Source of the DNA: Thermodesulfovibrionia bacterium
GTDB taxonomy: Bacteria; Nitrospirota; Thermodesulfovibrionia; UBA6902
NCBI GenBank assembly: GCA_038918635.1
Contig: JBCKZY010000003.1
Span: 6,073-70,072 of the forward strand
Reading direction: 5' to 3'
DNA: 64,000 bases
Shown piece after piece: positions 47,207 to 56,882 of the stretch (positions are counted from its first letter, which is position 1; each line of letters starts with the position of its first letter). The position numbers and the translations under genes were made by a program. Below the pieces are notes generated by a model. The model was not told the origin of the DNA. It made no database searches and saw nothing but the letters and a program-made list of their open reading frames with translations.

Positions 47207-47236
47207 TTGCCACAGGGAAGATCAATAGGGTATAAT
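47207..47236 (+). promoter_or_regulatory. candidate sigma-70 promoter for the bS22-like gene
   Basis: TTGCCA - 18 nt - TATAAT, located 47 nt upstream of the ATG at 47283. An AAGGAGG RBS lies at 47271-47277. Confidence 0.35.
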
Positions 47237-47282
47237 TTATACCGCTTTAACTGAAGATATGTCATTAATAAAGGAGGTATGT

Positions 47283-47378
47283 ATGGGTAACGTCACCAAG
47301 TGGCGCAAAAAGAAGATGAGCAAGCACAAGCATAGAAAGCTGCTCAAACGGACCAAGCATCAGAGAAGGAATAAATAA
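47283..47378 (+). CDS. small basic ribosomal protein bS22-like (AURKAIP1/COX24-domain), 31 aa
   Basis: Not in the ORF track because it is under 60 aa. The sequence MGNVTKWRKKKMSKHKHRKLLKRTKHQRRNK matches the conserved pattern MG.V.K.R.K.MSK.KHRKLL.RT..QRR of actinobacterial bS22. There is a strong RBS 5 nt upstream. Confidence 0.8.
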   Translation: MGNVTKWRKKKMSKHKHRKLLKRTKHQRRNK

Positions 47379-47506
47379 AGTTTCCCCTCCTTTTTTGTAT
47401 ATAAACAGTAATCTCCTATCATCTGGCTTCCAGATAATAATGATATTAAATATCTTTTCATTCCGGTTTTATTTTAGGTTAAGCCGGAAAATAAACGGCT
47501 TTAGTC

Positions 47507-50500
47507 ATGCGTCTTGAGAGAATTGAGATAATAGGCTTTAAATCCTTTGCTGAAAAGACCATATTTAACTTCCATCCCGGTATAACCGCCATTGTCGGCC
47601 CTAACGGCTGCGGAAAAAGCAATGTTGTTGATGCCTTCAAATGGGTCCTTGGCGAACAAAGCGCAAAGAGCCTCAGGGGTGACAGCATGGAGGATGTGAT
47701 ATTTTTTGGTTCCACTACCAAAAAAACCAAGGGTATGGCAGAGGTTACTCTTGTGCTTTCAGATGTGGTCGGGGAAGGGACCGAAAATAAATCCGCTACA
47801 TCCTCTTCAGGCGGGCTATCTGTAACACGCCGTCTTTTCAGGTCCGGCGAGAGTGAATATCTGATGAACAAGACACTCTGCAGGCTTAAGGACATCAAGA
47901 ACATGTTCCTTGATACCGGTCTTGAACTCAAGGCATACTCTATACTCGAACAGGGAAAGATGAACAGTATTCTTAACTCCAAACCGCAAGAACGCCGGTT
48001 TATTATAGAGGAAGCCGCGGGTGTTATGAAGTACAAGGCAAGAAAGGCCGAGGCTTTACAGAAACTCGAATCTTCGAAATCCAACCTGCAGAGACTCCAG
48101 GATATTATCAATGAAGTGAAGAGGCAGATCAATTCAATTGACAGGTATGCCAAAAAGGCGGAGAAATACAAGAAGCTCTTTGATGAAATCAAGGATATCG
48201 ATGTAAGGCTCTCTAACAGGAACACAAAAAGGCTGAAAGTTGAAATTGACAGACTAACAGCACATGAGAACACACTCAAAAACAGGGAGGCCGAAATCTC
48301 TGCAAACCTTCACTCTGCTGAGGCGCTGATTGAGGAGAAGAAAAGAGGTTATGTCGGGAGTGAAAAGGCCCATGAAGAGATAAGAACGAAACTCTATTCT
48401 ACCGAGAAGATCGTTGCAGAAGGTGAAGGCAGGAAAGAACTTCTCAAGAGAGACTGCCAGAACATGCGTGAGAGGATAATCAGACTGTCTGAACGTGACG
48501 GCGAACTTGAGGGTGAAAAAGAGACCGCTGTAACTGGTCTTAATAATATCAAGGGCGAGCTGTTAAGGATGGAGAAATCAATTAATGAACTTGAGTCCGG
48601 TCTTGAGAATAAGAACGCCGCATTTTCTGTAATTGAGTCAGACATGGAAGTTCTTGAGGAGAAGATTGAGGTTGAGAAGAGTAAGCTTTTTAACAGGGCC
48701 GAGGAGATCAGCGTTCTTAAAAATGAGATCAAGCATCTCTCCGCAACAGCCGAAAATATCACCAGAAAGACTGAAAAGAGTTTTGAAGACATAAATACTA
48801 TAAAAAACGAGCTGTCCCAACTTGAGAACGTTATAACTGAAACAGGTAATGAGTTCATCAATTCTGAATCAGAACTGTCTCAAGAAACCTTGAGCAGAAA
48901 CGAGACTTCAGCGGCGCTGGAAATAAAGAAGGGAGAGCTTATCGCAAAAGAGGAAACCCTTTACCGCGACAGGGAGAATATTGCCGCGTTGAATTCCAAG
49001 CTTGACTCCCTGAAAGAGATCGAATTTGAGCAGAGGAACAAGGCGGGTAAAGAGATAAAGACGCTGTGCCAGGTGGCGGATATTTTCGAGACGAGTCCTG
49101 AATATGAAAATGCAATTGAGGCGGTGTTGGGAGAGAAACTTAGCGTATCGGTTGTCAGAAACAAAGATGAAGTAACAGAGGCGATAAACCTTATTAAGAA
49201 GCAGAATAAAGGCAGGAGCGGGTTTATATCCATAAACCATATTGAGCAGAATATTGCTTCTCAACCCCCGGCCGGCAATGTTTCGTCGACAAACGGTGTT
49301 ATCGGCAAGGCTATTGACCTCGTAAAAGTTAAAGAAGGTCATGATAGGGTTGCATCATCTCTTTTGACCGATATTCTGATAGTTGATAATCTTGATACAG
49401 CGTTTTCAGAGTGGGAAAGGTCGCTTAAGGAGACTGGTTCTAATTCAGTACATTTTGTTACTACCGACGGTGAAGTTCTTGAACCATCCGGTATCGTGTT
49501 TGGCGGTGTTATGAGAGGCGTCCTGAAGGTCAGGCGTCAGATCAAGGAGATTGAAAGGGACATCTCCGCAAAGAAGGAAGAGGTTATATCCTCCGAAATT
49601 TCTGTAAACAAACTGAAAAGCGGCATAATTGCCATTGAGGAAAGTATCGCGAAGATCGAAGTTGACATATCAAATAAAGAGAAGTATTGTCATGAACTGA
49701 AGGTCAGGATATCCAGTCTGGATGAAGAGAAAGCCAGACTTCAAAAGAATATCGATTACCTGACAATAGAGAAGGATAGTGAGGAGAAGGAGAAGGAGAG
49801 AATGAGCAGCCTTATGCAGCAGAAGGAGGCTGACTGCCGTAATCTGGAAGGCGAAAGGGACAAGGCTGAGCAGATCATAAGCGGTATGAGGGATGAGATA
49901 TCAGAGAAGAAGAGATCTCTGGAGAGCGCCCGCCTTCAGCTAACCGAAATAAAGCTTGATCTTACCGCGGTAAGGGAGAAGATGACAGCGCTTACAAACG
50001 AGAGCAGGAGGCTGAATTCTGCCATATCAGAAATAGATAGTAAAAAGGCAGATATTTCTAAAGAAAGCCTTGTTATCGAAAATGAGATTCTTGGCAGGGA
50101 GAATGAGATAACGAGAAAGGAAGAAGAACTCAAGTCAAGTATCCTGTTGATTGATGAACTCAAGGGCAGGGTGTCAGTTTTGAGAGAGGCTCTTGATGCA
50201 GAGAACGCGGAACTCTCTGTGCTGGAAGAACGTCAGAAGGGGTCGTTTTCAGAATTGGACGCACTGCGAAAAGAATTAAGCCAGGTGGAGGTGAAGAATA
50301 AAGAATCCTCTCTGGAGTTAAAGTATATAATTGATGAGATCAGGAGGATTTATTCTGTTGATATAGAGACCGTTGAAATCACTGATGATGTATCACAGGA
50401 GGAAGAGGAGAGACTTCCACAGCTTAAAGAAAAACTGCAGTCGATAGGACCTGTAAGTCTCGGCACTCTGGAGGAGTTTGAGGAGCTTAAGACAAGGTTC

Positions 50501-51040
50501 GACTTCCTTAAAAAACAGCAGGATGACCTGCTCACCGCGATATCCTCTCTTGAAGATACTATCCAGAAGATAAACAACAGCACAAAACAGAGACTTACTG
50601 AAGCGTTTGAGGCGCTCAATATTAAGTTCAAGGAAGTCTTTAACACACTATTTGGAGAGGGAAAGGCAGAACTTATTCTCACTGAAGGGGACATCCTCGA
50701 ATCGGGCATCGAGATAATTGCCCAGCCTCCGGGGAAGAAGCTTAAGAATCTGACACTGCTCTCAGGCGGCGAGCAGGCGCTCATCGCGCTTTCACTGCTG
50801 TTTGCCGGATTCATGGTTAAACCAACGCCTATGTGTCTTCTCGATGAAGTAGACGCGCCTCTTGATGAATCCAATACCGAGAGGTTCTCGGCCTTACTGA
50901 TGGAACTGTCCAAAAAGATACAGTTCATCACCATCACCCATAACAGAAGGACGATGGAGGCCGCCGAATATATTTACGGGATCACCATGGAAGAACCCGG
51001 GGTCTCAAACGTCGTCTCCATGCACCTCGCAGAAGCTTAG
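47507..51040 (+). CDS. smc: chromosome segregation protein SMC
   Basis: Walker A GPNGCGKSN, long coiled coils, a central hinge, the signature LSGGEQAL and Walker B LLDEVDAPLD. It is 1177 aa. Confidence 0.95.
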   Translation: MRLERIEIIGFKSFAEKTIFNFHPGITAIVGPNGCGKSNVVDAFKWVLGEQSAKSLRGDSMEDVIFFGSTTKKTKGMAEVTLVLSDVVGEGTENKSATSSSGGLSVTRRLFRSGESEYLMNKTLCRLKDIKNMFLDTGLELKAYSILEQGKMNSILNSKPQERRFIIEEAAGVMKYKARKAEALQKLESSKSNLQRLQDIINEVKRQINSIDRYAKKAEKYKKLFDEIKDIDVRLSNRNTKRLKVEIDRLTAHENTLKNREAEISANLHSAEALIEEKKRGYVGSEKAHEEIRTKLYSTEKIVAEGEGRKELLKRDCQNMRERIIRLSERDGELEGEKETAVTGLNNIKGELLRMEKSINELESGLENKNAAFSVIESDMEVLEEKIEVEKSKLFNRAEEISVLKNEIKHLSATAENITRKTEKSFEDINTIKNELSQLENVITETGNEFINSESELSQETLSRNETSAALEIKKGELIAKEETLYRDRENIAALNSKLDSLKEIEFEQRNKAGKEIKTLCQVADIFETSPEYENAIEAVLGEKLSVSVVRNKDEVTEAINLIKKQNKGRSGFISINHIEQNIASQPPAGNVSSTNGVIGKAIDLVKVKEGHDRVASSLLTDILIVDNLDTAFSEWERSLKETGSNSVHFVTTDGEVLEPSGIVFGGVMRGVLKVRRQIKEIERDISAKKEEVISSEISVNKLKSGIIAIEESIAKIEVDISNKEKYCHELKVRISSLDEEKARLQKNIDYLTIEKDSEEKEKERMSSLMQQKEADCRNLEGERDKAEQIISGMRDEISEKKRSLESARLQLTEIKLDLTAVREKMTALTNESRRLNSAISEIDSKKADISKESLVIENEILGRENEITRKEEELKSSILLIDELKGRVSVLREALDAENAELSVLEERQKGSFSELDALRKELSQVEVKNKESSLELKYIIDEIRRIYSVDIETVEITDDVSQEEEERLPQLKEKLQSIGPVSLGTLEEFEELKTRFDFLKKQQDDLLTAISSLEDTIQKINNSTKQRLTEAFEALNIKFKEVFNTLFGEGKAELILTEGDILESGIEIIAQPPGKKLKNLTLLSGGEQALIALSLLFAGFMVKPTPMCLLDEVDAPLDESNTERFSALLMELSKKIQFITITHNRRTMEAAEYIYGITMEEPGVSNVVSMHLAEA

Positions 51041-51165
51041 ATTTACCAGTCTTTCTTAAATCAGGAGCAGTATATCTTATCACCTTCTACAACAACGTAC
51101 TAATCAGAAGGGATATTCACAATAATACTCATCTTTCAATATTTTTTTACATTCTGTAAGATTAT

Positions 51166-51405
51166 ATGATGAAACTATCGAGGCATATCAAAAATAACAT
51201 GAGGTTGTATAATATAACTGTAGAAGATATTCTGAAAGTGTTGGAATTGCCTGACTCCACAGGATCAGAAGGAGGCAAATTAACTGCTATCAGAAAATAT
51301 TCGAAGAAATTCAGGGGACTTCCTCTGAAAGTAGTATATGAGAAAACAGAGAAAGATATGGTAATTATTACGGTGTATCCTTTGAAAAAGAAGAGTTGGA
51401 GGTAA
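51166..51405 (+). CDS. DUF4258-family protein (putative toxin)
   Basis: 79 aa with a C-terminal LKVVYEKTEKDMVIITVYP pattern. It is paired with a DUF2283 gene 1 nt downstream. Confidence 0.6.
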   Translation: MMKLSRHIKNNMRLYNITVEDILKVLELPDSTGSEGGKLTAIRKYSKKFRGLPLKVVYEKTEKDMVIITVYPLKKKSWR

Positions 51406-51406
51406 T

Positions 51407-51613
51407 ATGAAGATAAAGTACGATAAAGAAGTAGACGCCGCTTACATTCAGATGTCTTCTAAAAAACCGGATGGCGGGGTTGAGTTGGCTGAAGGTGTCA
51501 TCCTTCATACAACAAAAAATGATGAGATTGTAGCGATTGAGATACTTGAAGCTACAAAGAGAATCCCGATCAAGACACTGTATAAATTAGAGCTAACACC
51601 AGCCAGTGTATAA
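51407..51613 (+). CDS. DUF2283-family protein (putative antitoxin)
   Basis: KYDKEVDAAYIQM...DEIVAIEILEATKR is the typical DUF2283 pattern. Confidence 0.65.
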   Translation: MKIKYDKEVDAAYIQMSSKKPDGGVELAEGVILHTTKNDEIVAIEILEATKRIPIKTLYKLELTPASV

Positions 51614-51999
51614 TTTATCGGGGAATGACGGCAAAAGGAGTAGATCATTAACCCCGAAGCAAAGATTCGAGGAATTCTTTTGATTAAAGCAAAACAGAGA
51701 GAAATACTATGAGCCTGAATAAAAAGGGTTTTTGATTACAATCCCTTTTATCCTTTGTCCTTCAGATAAATCTTCTGACAGGAGGAGATTAACCCCTCTT
51801 TGGCCTAAATTAATTAGGGACACATCCCTATTTATTTTTATTATTCTCCCCACATAATTCACACTCTTCTACAATTAACCTGCCCTGGTTTTACTTTAAT
51901 TATTGCGCAACTATACATATAACTCATTGTTATAGTTATCTAATATTAATTTAATTGACTTGCAGGATTATTATAGTAAACTGCTATTAAGAGGTAGTA

Positions 52000-52380
52000 A
52001 TGGCAGCTTATGAAGAAGAAGATAGAGTAAATTGCAGGGAAATATCATCAAAGATTAGCGCAAGATATTTAGGCAATAAAATCAATCTAGGTAAGGCCGC
52101 TAACATCTCAGAATCCTGTATCTGTATTGATACAAAGTACTGTTTCCCCATTGATTCGGAGCTTAAACTGCTCATACCCTTTGAAAGAGATGTTTTATCC
52201 GTTCATGGCAGGGTGAGCAGCAGTACACATAGGAATAATATTAGTGAAACAGTCTCTTTTAGTATTTTAAACCCCTCCATAGAGTACATGAAATATCTAG
52301 AGAGTTTCAGTCAGACCGGGAGATATTGTAAGCAGGACGATAATGGATTAAAGCGTGATAATTCTGAACACCGAAAATAG
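52000..52380 (+). CDS. possible degenerate PilZ-domain protein
   Basis: It has RVNCR (RxxxR) followed about 25 aa later by NISESC, where a canonical PilZ has (D/N)xSxxG. The size is right for a single PilZ barrel, but the assignment is weak. Confidence 0.35.
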   Translation: MAAYEEEDRVNCREISSKISARYLGNKINLGKAANISESCICIDTKYCFPIDSELKLLIPFERDVLSVHGRVSSSTHRNNISETVSFSILNPSIEYMKYLESFSQTGRYCKQDDNGLKRDNSEHRK

Positions 52381-52620
52381 ATGCGGCAGACAGACCTGCC
52401 TGCTCGCTCGCCTCGGGGCGGAGCAACTGGCCTCGGGGTATGTCTCGCCAAGAGCGGACGAAGCAACGGGCCTCGGCGAAGCGGGCCGGCTCACTTGAAA
52501 ATCTCAAATTTAGATGCACCTGATTGTCAGAAAATCCCTCCTAACCTCCCTTTGCCAAAGGGAGGAATATTACCCTATTTTGTAAAGATGGGTGAGGGGA
52601 GATTTTCAGGCTAATGAGTA
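52381..52620. repeat. GC-rich repeat modules (CTCGCCTCGGGGCGGAGC / GGCCTCGGCGAAGCGGGCC; CCCTTTGCCAAAGGGAGG hairpin)
   Basis: The word content is shared with 1120-1172 and 7538-7599 (CGCTTCGCCGAAGCGGG) and with 63530-63700. The ORFs predicted here are low-complexity read-through of repeats. Confidence 0.55.
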
Positions 52621-53025
52621 TTCAATTATGAGTCCTTTAATAGCTATCGAAGAGAAAAAGAACGTCAGAAAAAGGACGTGAACATTGTATTGTTGTTTGC
52701 CGGACAGTACACTATGAACCCTTAATAGTTTTCCCTATGTGTGATTCAGTGTAAGATCTTTCTTTGAGAAATTTGAAAAAGGTCTTTTTATCATGCCATG
52801 ACTTTTTACGAGTGCATCATTATTAAATAATCCATTATTGTCTGGTCAAATAGCTGCATTCCCTAAGCCTTGCCCATCTGTATAACAGAGGGGATCTGAT
52901 GGATTTTCCCTTCCTTGATTAAATTGGAGATAGCTACAAGGGCAAAAACATGAAGTTATTTTTCTTTAGACCTGATATAAATCAGATCCTTAATAAAATG
53001 ATATAATACCCGAAAGGTTCAAGGG

Positions 53026-53275
53026 CATAAAGACAGTTCACGGTTCACGGTTCACGGTTCACGGTTAACATAAAAATAAAGCACAAGGCATAAAGACAGT
53101 TCACAGCCACGAGCCTCGCCAAAGGCGGGTTCACGGTTCACAGCCATAAGCCTCGCCAAAGGCGGGTTGACACAAAAATATAATACAAGGCATAAAAACA
53201 GTTCACAGTTCACGGTTTACGGTTTACGGTTCACAGTTAACATAAAAATAAAAAACAAGGGGCAAAGGGAAAGAA
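53026..53275. repeat. heptamer (GGTTCAC-type) tandem arrays organised in three direct modules
   Basis: Runs of CAGTTCAC-GGTTCAC-GGTTCAC-GGTTCAC-GGTTAAC followed by ATAAAAATAAA, repeated with variants (GGTTTAC, CAGTTCAC). Two copies of AGCCA(C/T)(G/A)AGCCTCGCCAAAGGCGGGTT lie between them. Confidence 0.8.
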
Positions 53276-53336
53276 AGGATAAAACCTGTGATTATATTTA
53301 CTTTGTACCTATTTTGTTGCTACTTTTAACTAATTC

Positions 53337-54695
53337 ATGAAAAACATTAAGGACATACTGCCGGGCAAGGTATCTACATCACCTGAAGAACTGTACTGCT
53401 ATGGCTTTGACGCGTCTTCAACACAGGGCATGCCCTCCGCGGTCGTAAGGCCTGTTACCACGGAAGATGTGTCGAAGATAGCGTCGTTTGCCTCTGAGCA
53501 TAAGGTATCACTTGTCCCGAGGGGGGCAGGCTCGGGTATGACAGGAGGCGCGGTGCCTTTAAATGGTTCGGTAGTTATGTCGTTTGAGGGCATGAACAGG
53601 ATCATCGATATAGATGAAAGGAGTATGATAGCGACTGTTGAACCCGGCGTTATCAATGGACAGTTTCAGGACATGCTTGTACCCTTAAACCTCTTTTATC
53701 CCCCTGATCCCTCCAGCATGGCCTTCTGCACGATAGGAGGGAACGTTGCTGAGAACGCCGGAGGGCCGAGGGCGGTAAAGTACGGGGTAACAAGGGACTA
53801 TGTGCTCGGCCTTGAGGTTGTGCTTCCTGATGGCAGGGTCATCAACACTGGGAGCAGGACCTTTAAGGGTGTTGTCGGGTATGACATTACCAGTCTTATG
53901 GTGGGCTCTGAGGGTACCCTTGGTATAATAACAAAGGTGTTCCTTAAGCTCCTTCCCCTGCCGGAGGATACCGTGACGCTCCTCTGTTCGTTCCCTGATC
54001 TGGATAAGGCGGCGCTCGCGGTGCCAGAGATAACATCCTCCGGGATAATTCCAAGTGTGCTCGAGTTTATGGACCGCGAGGCTATCCTTGCCGTTGAACA
54101 GTATAAACCTGTAGGTATGCCGCTTGATGCCGAGGCTGTATTATTGATAGAATCCGACGGTACTCGCAGACATGTACTGGAGGAGGCTGAAAAGATTGCT
54201 TCGGTCTGTAAATCCCTTGGGGCTGATGTCAGGATTGCGGATGACGTATTTTCCAGAAAACGCCTGTGGGAGTCCAGAAGGGCGCTCTCTCCAGCCCTTT
54301 ATCACATAAGTCCTACAAAGATAAATGAGGACATTGTTGTCCCCCGGGCGAGGATACCGGATATGCTCAAGATTTTAAAGAGCATTGCAATCAGACATGA
54401 CCTGAGGATTGTAAACTTCGGCCATGCTGGAGACGGTAACATACATGTGAATATCATGACCGATAAAAATGATACAGAAGAATTCAGGAGAGCTACCGAA
54501 GCTGTTAAGGATGTATTTGAGGCAGCGCTGAGTCTAGACGGCACCATCTCCGGAGAGCACGGCATTGGGCTGACCAAGGCCCCGTATCTGGATATGGAAC
54601 TGTCCGGAGCGAGTATCAGCCTGATGAAGGCTATCAAGAATGTATTTGACCCTGATGGTATTTTGAACCCCGGAAAGATATTCCCGTCTAATTGA
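53337..54695 (+). CDS. glcD: FAD-linked oxidase, GlcD/D-lactate dehydrogenase family
   Basis: An FAD_binding_4 N-terminal domain (PRGAGSGMTGGAVP) and a C-terminal GTISGEHGIGLTK motif. It is 452 aa. Confidence 0.85.
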   Translation: MKNIKDILPGKVSTSPEELYCYGFDASSTQGMPSAVVRPVTTEDVSKIASFASEHKVSLVPRGAGSGMTGGAVPLNGSVVMSFEGMNRIIDIDERSMIATVEPGVINGQFQDMLVPLNLFYPPDPSSMAFCTIGGNVAENAGGPRAVKYGVTRDYVLGLEVVLPDGRVINTGSRTFKGVVGYDITSLMVGSEGTLGIITKVFLKLLPLPEDTVTLLCSFPDLDKAALAVPEITSSGIIPSVLEFMDREAILAVEQYKPVGMPLDAEAVLLIESDGTRRHVLEEAEKIASVCKSLGADVRIADDVFSRKRLWESRRALSPALYHISPTKINEDIVVPRARIPDMLKILKSIAIRHDLRIVNFGHAGDGNIHVNIMTDKNDTEEFRRATEAVKDVFEAALSLDGTISGEHGIGLTKAPYLDMELSGASISLMKAIKNVFDPDGILNPGKIFPSN

Positions 54696-54885
54696 CAACG
54701 ATCAGGAAATCCTGTTACAATTCTTAACTGATTCAGCCTTAAGAACCATTAATAACTCATTTGGAACTGGTCAATAATACGCGATATTCGGCTAAACAGT
54801 CACCATTGACCATGTTTTTTTAGATAGTATATATACCTTTAATTTTTTAACAGTTATAAAATAAATAATACAGCAGGAGAGTGCA

Positions 54886-55344
54886 ATGAAGGTAATACTG
54901 AAAGAAGACGTTAAGAACCTCGGAGAGGTCGGAAATATTGTGGTTGTTGCCAACGGCTACGGCAGAAATTATCTTATACCAAAAAACTTCGCCATTGAAG
55001 CAAGCCCGAAGAATCTAAAGCTTTTTGAACACGAGAAGAAGAAGATACTTGTTAAGGCAGATAATATCAAGAAATCATCTGAAGACCTTGCGACAAGGAT
55101 CTCAGCCCTTAAGATTGAGATAGAAGCAAAGGCTGGAGAAGAGGACAAACTCTTCGGCTCCGTGACCTCAACCCATATTGCTGAAGCAATATTAAAACAG
55201 GGAATAGAAGTGGACAAACGCAAGATCATCCTTGAAGAACCGATCAAACGCCTGGGAAATTTCAGCGCAATGATAAAGCTGAACCAGGGCGTTACCGCTA
55301 ACGTCTCACTGGAGGTTAAGAAGCTGGAGACGCCGCCAGAGTAA
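54886..55344 (+). CDS. rplI: 50S ribosomal protein L9
   Basis: MKVILKEDVKNLGEVGNIVVVANGYGRNYLIPKNFA is the canonical bL9 N-domain. Confidence 0.95.
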   Translation: MKVILKEDVKNLGEVGNIVVVANGYGRNYLIPKNFAIEASPKNLKLFEHEKKKILVKADNIKKSSEDLATRISALKIEIEAKAGEEDKLFGSVTSTHIAEAILKQGIEVDKRKIILEEPIKRLGNFSAMIKLNQGVTANVSLEVKKLETPPE

Positions 55345-55487
55345 AAGATCATATTTTTTATTCAGCTCCTGTGGTTCTAATAATCAGGATAACATCACTT
55401 TCCCTGTTTTAAACGTATCGAGATACCCAATGTATCATCGGAAAGTTTTTCATATCACACCAAATACCTTTAGAGGTCCCTTATTTA

Positions 55488-56873
55488 ATGCTTGAACGCA
55501 TCCGTAAAGAACACTATTCAGAAAATGCCCTGGACCGTCTGCCGCCGCAGAATATTGAAGCTGAACAGGCCGTCCTTGGAGCAATACTCCTTGAGAATGA
55601 ATCTCTATCCTCTGCAATGGAGATCATGACCCCTAATGATTTCTACAGGGAATCGCACAGGAAGATCTTCAGCGCAATGCTTGACCTGTATGAAAAGAAT
55701 GAGCCTATTGATCTCATAACACTGACAGAGCAGTTGAACAGTAAAGAACATCTCGAAAGCATAGGCGGCGCAAGCTACCTGAGCTCCATTGTGAATCTTG
55801 TCCCGACATCTGCCAACGTGAAGTATCACTCAAAGATAGTTAAGGATAAGTCTATCGTGAGGAACCTTATCACAACCGCTACAGAGATTATCAGGATGGG
55901 ATATGACCCTGACGCCTCAGGTAGTAATGTCGGTGAGCTTCTTGATCTTGCAGAGACAAAGATCTTCGGCATAACCGAGAAGATGGTAAAGAGCTCATAT
56001 GTCCATGTCAGGGAAGTTCTGAAAGATACTATCGAACTGGTGGATAAACTCTTCAACAAGAAGGAGCTTATAACCGGCCTTCCAACAGGTTTCACGGACC
56101 TTGATATTGAAACTACCGGTTTCCATCCCGGTGACCTGGTGATCGTAGGGGCAAGGCCCGGAATGGGGAAGACCGCTTTTGCACTTAATATCGCTGCACA
56201 CGTCGGGATAGAGAAGTCGCCTGTCGCGATCTTCAGTCTTGAGATGACAAAGGAACAGCTGGCGCTAAGGATGATATGCTCAGAGGCAGAGGTTGATTCA
56301 AAGAGTGTGCGCTCGGGTTATCACAGCAAGGAAGATTACAGAAAACTTGTCAATGCCGCCGGCAGGCTTGCTGAAGCATCAATATATATAGATGATTCTT
56401 TCAACTCCGTCCTTGATATAAGGGCAAAGTCAAGGAGGCTCAAGGCTGAGCACGGCCTGAAATTAATTATTATCGACTACCTGCAGCTTATGAGCGGTGT
56501 AGGCAATTATACCCAGAGAGAACAGGTTATATCCGATATATCCCGTTCTCTGAAAGCTCTTGCAAAGGACCTCTCTGTCCCTGTTATAGTCATAAGTCAG
56601 CTTAACAGGAGCTGTGAGTTGAGAGGGGAGGATAAAAGGCCCATGATCGCGGATCTCAGGGAATCAGGGGCCATTGAGCAGGACGCGGACACGATTCTTT
56701 TCCTCTACAGGGGAGAATACTATAATGCCAAGAACGCCGAGCCGGGAGTTGCGGAGCTTAATATCGCAAAACAGAGGAACGGCCCCACAAAAAGGATCAA
56801 GCTCTCCTTTATTGACAAGTACACAAAATTCAAGGACCATGAAAAAGTTTACTCCGACAGTGATGCCTTCTAA
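55488..56873 (+). CDS. dnaB: replicative DNA helicase DnaB
   Basis: N-terminal PPQNIEAEQAVLGAILL, Walker A GARPGMGKTAF and the motif IIDYLQLM. It is 461 aa with no intein. Confidence 0.95.
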   Translation: MLERIRKEHYSENALDRLPPQNIEAEQAVLGAILLENESLSSAMEIMTPNDFYRESHRKIFSAMLDLYEKNEPIDLITLTEQLNSKEHLESIGGASYLSSIVNLVPTSANVKYHSKIVKDKSIVRNLITTATEIIRMGYDPDASGSNVGELLDLAETKIFGITEKMVKSSYVHVREVLKDTIELVDKLFNKKELITGLPTGFTDLDIETTGFHPGDLVIVGARPGMGKTAFALNIAAHVGIEKSPVAIFSLEMTKEQLALRMICSEAEVDSKSVRSGYHSKEDYRKLVNAAGRLAEASIYIDDSFNSVLDIRAKSRRLKAEHGLKLIIIDYLQLMSGVGNYTQREQVISDISRSLKALAKDLSVPVIVISQLNRSCELRGEDKRPMIADLRESGAIEQDADTILFLYRGEYYNAKNAEPGVAELNIAKQRNGPTKRIKLSFIDKYTKFKDHEKVYSDSDAF

Positions 56874-56882
56874 TATTTCAGG

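Noticed and set aside
47479-50937. Long antisense ORFs inside smc (for example 47479-48279, 48394-48861 and 50350-50937 on the minus strand)
   Set aside because: They are serine/leucine-rich low-complexity mirror images of the GAA/AAG-rich coiled-coil coding strand. They carry no motifs, and smc on the plus strand is unambiguous.
52307-52614. ORFs 52381-52614 (+) and 52307-52519 (-)
   Set aside because: They lie entirely in GC-rich repeat modules shared with other intergenic sites, with arginine/proline-rich low-complexity translations.
53026-53275. Possible CRISPR array (regularly spaced repeats)
   Set aside because: The repeat unit is only 7 bp and in direct tandem, there are no unique spacers of 25-40 bp, and there are no cas genes in the window.
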